From contig JAKAKZ010000002.1 of the NCBI GenBank assembly GCA_021824285.1, positions 1,303-65,302 of the forward strand: a stretch of 64,000 bases of DNA, in the 5' to 3' direction. Origin of the DNA: a bacterium (GTDB taxonomy: Bacteria; Patescibacteriota; Patescibacteriia; SG8-24). Numbering within the stretch: the stretch's first letter is position 1; each line of letters opens with the position of its first letter. The position numbers and the translations under genes were made by a program. This document shows positions 56,540 to 64,000 of this stretch, one piece after another. The notes beneath the pieces were generated by a model, which worked only from the letters and a program-made list of their open reading frames with translations, made no database searches and was not told the origin of the DNA.

Positions 56540-58068
56540 ATGCCGGAGAGGCGTTTCCAAACCAAGAGGCCAAAATCGCGCAGGGCGATCCTGTCTTCAA
56601 CCTCAAAGAAGCCGAACAGCAGATACAGCAGATAATAAAGCGCTACGGCAAAGCCGAATACCGGCAGGAGAGTCCAGAGGCTCGAGATGAGGCCGAACAG
56701 AAAGTAATGTGCCACCACCGCCACGACCGCGCCGCAGACCGCGTTCTTGAGAGCCAGATGCAGCCAAGCGCGGGCACGCCCCGCGAGACCGAGCACGTTC
56801 TTCTCCGCGAAACGGAACAGGCCCAACACTGGCAGGACCGCCACGAGATAGGCCCAGGCCGCACCCTCGATGCCGTAACGCGGCAAGAACGCCGCAAGCG
56901 CCGCAACGTTGATACCCAGCATGATGAACGAATACTTGGCCAGAATGCGCACCCTCCCGAGACCGAGCAGGAAGCTGTTGAGCGGCCCGTTCAGGGACAG
57001 GATCAGGTAAGTCGCGGCCAGAATAACCATGATCTTCCAGGAACGCTCGGCGAAATCGTCGTTCAGCCAATAGCGCAGGATGGGCTTGGAAAATATCGCG
57101 ACCGGCACGGCCAGACCGGCGGCCACGACCGCAAGCAGGCGGAAAGCGCGCACGTACATCTTCTTGAGGCGCTCCGTGTCGCCGCTCCCCTGCAGGGCGC
57201 TGGACATCGGGAACAGGATGCCGGCCAGGCCGCCGTTCACGCCCTGGATCTTCGTGGTCACGTTGCCCGGCAGGCTGTAATAGGCAAGTTGGGCCGGACC
57301 GAGGAGGAACGGGATGATGAGACGATCTAGCTGGATGAGCAAGGAGTTCGCCCAATTGCTCATGAAGTGCACGGACCCGAACTTCAGGCAGCGCAGGAAT
57401 TCGGTGCGGTCCCAAACGAACCGGAAGGAGATGCCCGGCAATAGGCGGCGCGCGACGCGACGGAAAGCAAGAAGGAACACGGTATCGTAGAAAAGCGTCG
57501 AGGACAAGACCGCAACCAGCCCGAAACCGGACAGGAGCAGGGCCAGAATCGTCATGTTGTTGAAGAAAATCTTGAGCATCCCCAACTTATTGCTGACATC
57601 TAGCCGCTGCAGGGCGGTGGGGACGGCCAGGTACACGCTGGCCGCGACGTTGACGAAAAAAATCGCGGCGGCGAGCGCAAAACATGCCGTGAAGTAGGTG
57701 TACCCGAGGCCTGCGCCGAGCGGACCGTAGGCGACGGCACCAATCGCCAGCATGGCCGCCGCGCCGGCTGTCGCGGTTCCGACAAAAAAAAGACCGGCCG
57801 TACCAGTCAGTCTTGCCGCGGCCTTGCCGTCGCCGGCGCCGACGTATTCGGCCAAAAATTTGGTCATGGCCGTACTGACGCCGATGTCCAAGAGCCCCAA
57901 CAGCGAACTGACCGTATTGAGGAGCACGAAAAAGCCGTAGTGCTCCACGCCCAACCGGAACACCACGACCGGCGTGACGAAAATCGCGAAAATGACCGGC
58001 CAGACGTAGCCCAAAAAGCCGAAAGCCGCGTTTTTGAGGGTTTTGTACGTTGGAGAATCGGTCTGCAT
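56521..58068 (-). CDS. wzx: Wzx-type flippase
   Basis: Many TM segments, LG...YG, DIG, DRLII..LLG..LAYY and LFP..S. Confidence 0.88.
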   Translation of the reverse strand: MQTDSPTYKTLKNAAFGFLGYVWPVIFAIFVTPVVVFRLGVEHYGFFVLLNTVSSLLGLLDIGVSTAMTKFLAEYVGAGDGKAAARLTGTAGLFFVGTATAGAAAMLAIGAVAYGPLGAGLGYTYFTACFALAAAIFFVNVAASVYLAVPTALQRLDVSNKLGMLKIFFNNMTILALLLSGFGLVAVLSSTLFYDTVFLLAFRRVARRLLPGISFRFVWDRTEFLRCLKFGSVHFMSNWANSLLIQLDRLIIPFLLGPAQLAYYSLPGNVTTKIQGVNGGLAGILFPMSSALQGSGDTERLKKMYVRAFRLLAVVAAGLAVPVAIFSKPILRYWLNDDFAERSWKIMVILAATYLILSLNGPLNSFLLGLGRVRILAKYSFIMLGINVAALAAFLPRYGIEGAAWAYLVAVLPVLGLFRFAEKNVLGLAGRARAWLHLALKNAVCGAVVAVVAHYFLFGLISSLWTLLPVFGFAVALYYLLYLLFGFFEVEDRIALRDFGLLVWKRLSGIWARTA

Positions 58069-58143
58069 GCGGGACAGCGGTTGCGGCTTTATTGGCCAAC
58101 TATAGCACCTAAACTAGCAATAATCACGCCCCGGCCCAACGGC

Positions 58144-58842
58144 TCACGCGATTTCCTTTTTCAACCTAACGGAGAAGGACATTGTCCGCTTGATGAACTT
58201 CCACCGGTCGCCCCAACCGCGGTTCCAAGTGGACTCGCCGTGCAGGCGTTTTGGGAAGATCACCGGGAAGCGCAGGACGCGCAATCCCCGCTTCCGGGCC
58301 AGATAGAGTGCGTAGAGGTCCAGCGCGAAATCCGTCGGCGGATCCTGCCAAGCCTCGAAGAATGTGCGGTGGAAAATATTAGGCTGGCCGTTCACGTCGA
58401 AAAGGGCGCGGCCGAAGTAGAGCGTCTCGAAGAGACCCATACCAAGCGTGAACACCGTATCCGTGAACGGCCGTCCGTGCCGGAAACCCTTCGCATAGAC
58501 GTCGGATTTGTTGCCGTCCTTTTCAATAATCTCCAAGGCGCGCAGCACGTCCGCCGGCGGTGTCTGCAGATCGCCATGCGTCCAGCCGAGGTAATCTCCC
58601 TTGGCGGCACGCAGGCCGGCGAGCACCGCGGAACCGTAGCCCGGACGCGACTCGAAGACCGAGCGGGCGAACCCGTATTTCTGGAGCAGTTCCTTAAGCA
58701 CGGCTGCGGACTCGTCTTTGGAGTTGTTATCCACGATGACCACCTCGATGTCTGGCCGCCCAAGCACGGCGGCAAACCGCTCCAAGATGAGGGGAATGTT
58801 CTTGGCTTCGTTGTAGCATGGAACGACGATGGAAAGTTTCAT
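58144..58842 (-). CDS. GT2 (polyprenol-phosphate glycosyltransferase-like)
   Basis: LSIVVPCYNE, VDNNSKD, GYG and HGDLQ. Confidence 0.88.
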   Translation of the reverse strand: MKLSIVVPCYNEAKNIPLILERFAAVLGRPDIEVVIVDNNSKDESAAVLKELLQKYGFARSVFESRPGYGSAVLAGLRAAKGDYLGWTHGDLQTPPADVLRALEIIEKDGNKSDVYAKGFRHGRPFTDTVFTLGMGLFETLYFGRALFDVNGQPNIFHRTFFEAWQDPPTDFALDLYALYLARKRGLRVLRFPVIFPKRLHGESTWNRGWGDRWKFIKRTMSFSVRLKKEIA

Positions 58843-58890
58843 GGGCGTGGATGTTCATCGATGGAGATATGACATTCGCTATTTGAGCCG

Positions 58891-60042
58891 CTACTGCAGA
58901 TAATCCTTCAACCGGTCAATCAGGAGTTTCTTGCCGATGACGTTATAGTGCGTGTCACTGGGGTAATATAGCAAAAGGTCGGGGCGTTCGGCGTGCATCT
59001 GCCGCTCGACGGAATACATGTCTATATAGTCCACGCCGCGTTTTTTCAGCGCGGCTTGCAGCTGCGGCAAAAAACCGTCATAGGACTCAACGTCGGGCAG
59101 GTAGTCGCGGTAGACCGTATATTTGTCCGGCATGACCGCCAACACCATCTTCAGACCGTATTTTTCCCGCAGCGTCTTACCGGCCATATCGATGCGGTCC
59201 GCAAGCCGGTCCATCTCCGCCTGCGTCAACTTGGCCGCATCGCGCGCAAACTCGACCTCGTCGCGGTAGAAGAACATCTGGTGTGCCGAAGAGTAGGCCC
59301 CGATATTCGTGTCGAGATCGCCGAAATATCGGAAAGCGATCTCTTTCAGCCAACGCCGGAACGGATCGACGAAGCGGTTCCGCTTGATGAAATACTCAAC
59401 CTCGGCCTGCCCCAATCCCTGATAGAAGGCCCCACTGACCCAAGAGCGCAGCGTGACCAGCAACGGGCTGCCGCGGACCGCCTGATCGATATTCGCCTGA
59501 CCGAAACTGGCCGGTTCCGTGCCGTCCAGCGGACCGGAGAAACCGTCCTTGTCCAGATTGCGGAAGATATTGCGCTCCACGGTCTCGACTACGGCGACTT
59601 TGGCCTGGTGGTGCTGGGGGTCGAATGCATGGCTGCCAAGATAGTCGGTGAGCCAGAAATCAGCCGCGCCCGCATTGAAGGTCTTGATACCCGAGGCCTT
59701 CTCCAGCTCGAACGGCAGTGGCCGAGAATCCATGCCGTAAGTAGTGAAGGAATCGCCGAACATCAGGACTTGGGCATCATTGATGCCGGCGTCAGAGGTG
59801 GCGTCGTTCATCATCTTGATCGGACGCGGCAAAGGCCCGACCTCGGCGTAGCGGTACAGATCGCCGTAAGTGAAGCCGTCGGTCGCGTAACCGTCCGGAC
59901 CGTGGGCGTTCGCCTGGTCCTCGATGAACCGCCGGCCGAACGCCCTGTCCTTGGATCCCCACAGGAAAAAACACGCCGCCAAGCTCGCCGTCCCAAGGAG
60001 CGTCAGTACCGCGATTTCCTTTGGTTCCTTCCGCAGCCGCAT
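58891..60042 (-). CDS. AlgX/AlgJ-like SGNH O-acetyltransferase partner
   Basis: FGDSFT, ETVER, PDK..VY and YYPSDTHYN. Confidence 0.78.
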   Translation of the reverse strand: MRLRKEPKEIAVLTLLGTASLAACFFLWGSKDRAFGRRFIEDQANAHGPDGYATDGFTYGDLYRYAEVGPLPRPIKMMNDATSDAGINDAQVLMFGDSFTTYGMDSRPLPFELEKASGIKTFNAGAADFWLTDYLGSHAFDPQHHQAKVAVVETVERNIFRNLDKDGFSGPLDGTEPASFGQANIDQAVRGSPLLVTLRSWVSGAFYQGLGQAEVEYFIKRNRFVDPFRRWLKEIAFRYFGDLDTNIGAYSSAHQMFFYRDEVEFARDAAKLTQAEMDRLADRIDMAGKTLREKYGLKMVLAVMPDKYTVYRDYLPDVESYDGFLPQLQAALKKRGVDYIDMYSVERQMHAERPDLLLYYPSDTHYNVIGKKLLIDRLKDYLQ

Positions 60043-60044
60043 AA

Positions 60045-61460
60045 TCAGAATTGGAAATAGATGAACTGGGTGTTGGCGAAACGTCCGAAGATCAGGACCG
60101 CTGTTAGTGCCAGAACCGTGAGCGCCGGTCGCCAAATCAGCGGGCGCATCGGCTTAAACCGCACGGCGCCGCCGCCGAATGCCAGCCAATCGCAGAAGCA
60201 GAGCAGGCCGATGAATACGGCAACCAAGGTCAGGTGCATGGAATTGGACAGTACATAGGGGCGCAGGGCCGCCCAATCCAGACCTTCGCGCGCTATACTG
60301 CTGAGCACACGCATCGCGTCAGACAGCGAGGCCGCCCGGAAGAAGACCCAAGTCAGGCAGACCAACACGAAATTGACGGCGACCGCCCAAACATGGGCCA
60401 CCCTGACGCGGAACCGCTCACCCAAGTATTTCTGGGCGATCAAGTAAAGGCCATTCAGGGACCCCCAAATGACGTACGTCCAATTGGCGCCGTGCCAGAG
60501 ACCGCTCAACAGGAAAGTGACGAACAGATTGAAATAATTCCTGGATTGCGAGACGCGGTTGCCGCCCAGCGAAATATAGACATAATCACGGAACCAGGAG
60601 GACAGCGAGATATGCCAACGCTGCCAGAACTCAGAGATAGAGGCGGCGAGGTACGGCGCGCGGAAATTGCGCATCAGTTCGAACCCCATGGTGCGAGCCA
60701 AGCCCCGAGCGATGTCCGAATAACCGGAAAAGTCGCCGTAGATCTGGAAGGCGAACAGCACGGTCGCCAGCAGGTAATGAGAACCGTGATATGCGGACAG
60801 ATTGCCGTAGATCTGGTTCACGAACACGGCCGCCCGATCGGCAACCACGGTTTTCTTGAAGAGACCCCACATAACCAGCTGCAGGCCGCTAACGAACTTC
60901 GCGTAATCAAAGTCGTGCCGTTCGTGGAACTGCGGCAGCAGATTCTGCGGCCGCTCAATCGGACCGGCCACGAGCTGCGGATAGAACATGACGTAAAGCG
61001 CGAAGATACCGAGATGACGCTCTGCCTTTTGCCGTCCGCGATAGACCTCGATGACGTAGCTCAAGCTCTGGAATGTATGAAAGGACAGGCCGATCGGCAG
61101 GATAATGCTCAAGTAAGGTATCGGCATGTTCCAGCCAAGCGCTTCCGCGGCCTGGTGCAGGTTTTCCGAGAAAAAATTGAAATATTTGAAGAAAAACAAC
61201 ATGCCCAAATTGGACACGATACTCATGACCAGGAACATCCGACGCCTTTCCGGTCGGCACGACTCCATGACGCGGCCGGCCACGTAATCGATCAAGATGG
61301 TAACCGCCAAAATCAGGATGTATTTAGGCACGAAAAACATGTAGAACAGGCAGCTGGCCGCGAGCAGCCAAAACCAGCGCCATTTCCAGGGCAGCATGAA
61401 ATAGCCGAAGGTGACGATCGGAAAGAAGACGAAGATGAAGTACAGCGAATTGAAAAGCAT
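60045..61460 (-). CDS. MBOAT O-acyltransferase (AlgI/PatA-like)
   Basis: LPIGLSFHTFQ, PQLVAGPIER, DFSGYSD, FWQRWHISLS and SGLWHGA. Confidence 0.95.
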   Translation of the reverse strand: MLFNSLYFIFVFFPIVTFGYFMLPWKWRWFWLLAASCLFYMFFVPKYILILAVTILIDYVAGRVMESCRPERRRMFLVMSIVSNLGMLFFFKYFNFFSENLHQAAEALGWNMPIPYLSIILPIGLSFHTFQSLSYVIEVYRGRQKAERHLGIFALYVMFYPQLVAGPIERPQNLLPQFHERHDFDYAKFVSGLQLVMWGLFKKTVVADRAAVFVNQIYGNLSAYHGSHYLLATVLFAFQIYGDFSGYSDIARGLARTMGFELMRNFRAPYLAASISEFWQRWHISLSSWFRDYVYISLGGNRVSQSRNYFNLFVTFLLSGLWHGANWTYVIWGSLNGLYLIAQKYLGERFRVRVAHVWAVAVNFVLVCLTWVFFRAASLSDAMRVLSSIAREGLDWAALRPYVLSNSMHLTLVAVFIGLLCFCDWLAFGGGAVRFKPMRPLIWRPALTVLALTAVLIFGRFANTQFIYFQF

Positions 61461-61488
61461 GTGAAGTGGCCAGCAACGGCCGGTTCGG

Positions 61489-63759
61489 TCACTTTATATC
61501 GCTTGTCCGGTAGACTGTAAACTGTCCGCCATCGAACGCCGCGACCTGGCCCGCAAAAGACTTATTGCGGCCTTTTTCTATGATCACGTAGTCCAGCCGG
61601 TCGAGCTCGGCGATACGGCGAAAGTCAGCAGGCTCCAAACTGCGGTAATGCTCGACGGTCCAGGTCCAATAGACGCCGCGGCTTTCAGGCGGTAGCTTTT
61701 CCCATTCTGCGTAGCTGCCATAAACCTCGTCCTTGCGCCGGTCGAACTCGACAAAATCGTCCTCACGGAACGGGAAACCGTTTCCCGCAAACACGGCCCG
61801 TCCGAATGCGAGCGGCAGTTCGTGCGCCAGATTGGGCAAATCCGTGACAAAGACATCGCCCGGCCGCGTCGCGGCGCTGACCCAGGCCGCAAAGGCCGGA
61901 TTCGCCGTCCGGATTCTGCCGATCGGATCGTCCTTGGTGGCGAAGGAACCGGCCAACCAGACGAGAGCCAAAACTGACGCGACGGTCTGGATGCCGCGGC
62001 GGCTGACCGACCAACGGCCGCACGCCAGTATCGGCGCAGTCTCGTGACCCAACGTCAGGGCTGACATCCACGCCGCCGCAAAAGCCAGCATCCAGTATCC
62101 CAGAGCGGTAAAACGAACCGGACCGAGCACGGCCATCGCCTTTACCGGATGAAGCTCCACGAAAAGCCATTCCAGCAGGACACTGCCGGCATAGGCCGCA
62201 GCGAACAGCGCCGCCACGAGCGCCGCGTCACGAGACCGCCTGCGCCAGGCAAAAACGGACAGCGCCGCGAGCGTGCCGGCCGTGCCAGCAAAGACCACCC
62301 ACCAGGGAATTGAGCCGACGGAGGTGAAGCTCGATGGGAAATAGTGGAAGACGTGATTCTCCTTGATGTAGTGGTAGACAAAATCCGCGGCGGAAAGCGG
62401 TGCCTTCGCGGGAAAGGCTGCGACCAGTGCGGCCATCGGCAAAAGAACTCCGAGGAGGGCCGAGCGCGCGTAATCTTTCCAGCGGCGCTGGTCCGCGTCC
62501 GCCAAGACGTAGAAGACGAATACTGTCAGGCCCTTCACCGGATGAAACATGACGGACACAAACCAGGCTGCATTGCCCAACCATGACCAGACCGCGCAAT
62601 TCCGTCCGAGCGTCGACAGCAAGGCGGCCAAAAACCCGAAGAATAGCGCAACAGCTTCGGCGTCCGGCGTCAGCTGAATCGGTTTCCAGAGCGCAATCGC
62701 AAAACCGTCCACCACCGCCGGCCACAGGACAGCCGCCGTAAACAACCAGAGCGCAGCTTGGGCCACGGCCAGAAGGCGATGCTCTTTGAGCTTCCGGTCG
62801 AGCTGTGCGGAGAGCGCCAAGAAGATGATCGCCGGTGTCGCCATCACCAGAAAGGTCTTCAGGAAAAAGACCGTGGTGTACCAATCGGTATGGAATAGGC
62901 GCGTCAGACCGATGACGGCATAGCCGAAAATCCAGCGCGGGTTCGGCTGGGAGCTGGAATCGGTGAAAAAGTCGTTGGATGCGAATGTGGGGTCGAAGTG
63001 ACGTGCGAAAAACGGTCCCATGTCCATCGCCGGCCAGTCGAAGGCCGACGGCCCGTGCCACATGAAAAGCGCCAGTGAAATGACCGACAGCGAAGCCGCC
63101 GAGACCAATCGCTGGAGTGCGAGGAAGCGCTCCAGGCCGGCCGCGTCTACTGGGGCCGCCGTCTGATCAGCTCGGCGCGAAAGGAACGTCAGGGCGAGAA
63201 CCGCGGCTAGGGCGGCAAGGAGCGCCAGGCCGAACGCCAGCCGGGCGGCCATAAGGCCGCGCGCCAAAACGCGCCAATCGCCGGGCCAGTTCATCAGGTT
63301 GCGGAATGGCGGCAGGAGCGACGTGCCGGAACGGATATCCCGGGCGGTCACCAAACCGGGCGCGGGAACGCCCTCCGCGCTTCCGGGAACGGAAAGCTTG
63401 CGGCTGAAATCCATTTCCCGTCCGCCGACCGCGACCGTCAAAGAGGTCAAGTCAGCGGCTCCGGCACCAGCCGTGAATTTCACGCCGGAAAACCAGCTGT
63501 CTCCTCTATATATAAGGCAGTCGCCATCCGCCACTGGCGACAAGGCAATTTCCGCCTTGTTGCGCGTGACCTGCAGGACCTGAAGTTCCTCGCCGACAGG
63601 CGCGACGCTCCAACAGGCCCGCACCGTCACCTGATCGGCAACCGCCGAACCGCGTGCGATGTCGCGAAGCGCTGCTCCACACCAAACCGCGACGGCAATC
63701 GCAAATGCCGTCAGGATGCGGGACCGCAGATCTTTCGCCGGAATCTGGAGCATGGGCAT
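61489..63759 (-). CDS. Large multi-pass membrane protein (glycosylation-locus GT-C-like)
   Basis: Many TM segments and a C-terminal soluble domain ending LDYVII...F.VY. Confidence 0.7.
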   Translation of the reverse strand: MPMLQIPAKDLRSRILTAFAIAVAVWCGAALRDIARGSAVADQVTVRACWSVAPVGEELQVLQVTRNKAEIALSPVADGDCLIYRGDSWFSGVKFTAGAGAADLTSLTVAVGGREMDFSRKLSVPGSAEGVPAPGLVTARDIRSGTSLLPPFRNLMNWPGDWRVLARGLMAARLAFGLALLAALAAVLALTFLSRRADQTAAPVDAAGLERFLALQRLVSAASLSVISLALFMWHGPSAFDWPAMDMGPFFARHFDPTFASNDFFTDSSSQPNPRWIFGYAVIGLTRLFHTDWYTTVFFLKTFLVMATPAIIFLALSAQLDRKLKEHRLLAVAQAALWLFTAAVLWPAVVDGFAIALWKPIQLTPDAEAVALFFGFLAALLSTLGRNCAVWSWLGNAAWFVSVMFHPVKGLTVFVFYVLADADQRRWKDYARSALLGVLLPMAALVAAFPAKAPLSAADFVYHYIKENHVFHYFPSSFTSVGSIPWWVVFAGTAGTLAALSVFAWRRRSRDAALVAALFAAAYAGSVLLEWLFVELHPVKAMAVLGPVRFTALGYWMLAFAAAWMSALTLGHETAPILACGRWSVSRRGIQTVASVLALVWLAGSFATKDDPIGRIRTANPAFAAWVSAATRPGDVFVTDLPNLAHELPLAFGRAVFAGNGFPFREDDFVEFDRRKDEVYGSYAEWEKLPPESRGVYWTWTVEHYRSLEPADFRRIAELDRLDYVIIEKGRNKSFAGQVAAFDGGQFTVYRTSDIK

Positions 63760-63771
63760 CAAGTCGCTTCG

Positions 63772-64000
63772 TCAGCGCTTCTTGAATACGTAGATGTCGT
63801 CGTTCTGGCCGACCAGATCGTACGGAAGCCCGCCCTGAAGCAGCCTCTCAACCAAGTCGGCGGTATGCCGACAGGCGTCCTGGTCGCGCAGCAGGCCAAG
63901 CCGCGACGTATCGATGAACGGCTCGTTGCGACGCAGGACCACGAAATCCTTGGGCTTGAACGACTTCAGAAGTTCCGCCGGACTCTTCGCGTCGCCCCAA
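63772..64000 (-). CDS. C-terminal fragment of a CDS that starts beyond the window
   Basis: Open frame ...WGDAKSPAELL...GQNDDIYVFKKR* ends at 63772. Confidence 0.6.
   Translation of the reverse strand, partial: WGDAKSPAELLKSFKPKDFVVLRRNEPFIDTSRLGLLRDQDACRHTADLVERLLQGGLPYDLVGQNDDIYVFKKR

Noticed and set aside
1-64000. tRNA, rRNA, integrase, transposase or prophage genes
   Set aside because: None recognised by eye. A tRNAscan/Infernal/HMM run would be needed to exclude divergent ones.

Overview
64-kb window of a high-GC, gene-dense bacterial chromosome using the standard code (TGA is read as stop). The gene mix suggests a Patescibacteria/CPR organism, which is an inference: stand-alone DEDD/YprB-like exonuclease, HtrA, class II RNR, GT4-GH57-DUF5752-GH15 glucan operon, pilin-like gene, Cys-rich surface protein and a long glycosylation locus. 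Housekeeping content: nrdJ with NrdR and DnaA boxes, CCA-adding enzyme, purine nucleoside phosphorylase, zur-znuACB, NadD-NadK fusion, a PLP decarboxylase, an FMN-binding/ApbE/RnfD-like flavinylation trio, and a polysaccharide cluster (47.9-64 kb). The most notable item is a self-contained three-gene operon (9632-11982, minus strand) encoding a large coiled-coil E2-like (UBC-fold) protein, a ThiF/E1 enzyme and a ubiquitin-like protein ending in -RGS. No JAB peptidase is visible, but an HExxH metallopeptidase gene converges on it. Other points: a 50-aa Cys/His-rich metallothionein-like ORF missing from the ORF track, a four-copy two-hairpin dispersed repeat, a CYTH-TTD14-like P-loop fusion, an ATP-cone-nuclease fusion, beta-barrel-like paralogues and a (GA)12 tract. 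No rRNA, tRNA, CRISPR array or transposase was recognised. All family calls come from motif recognition by eye, not database searches.
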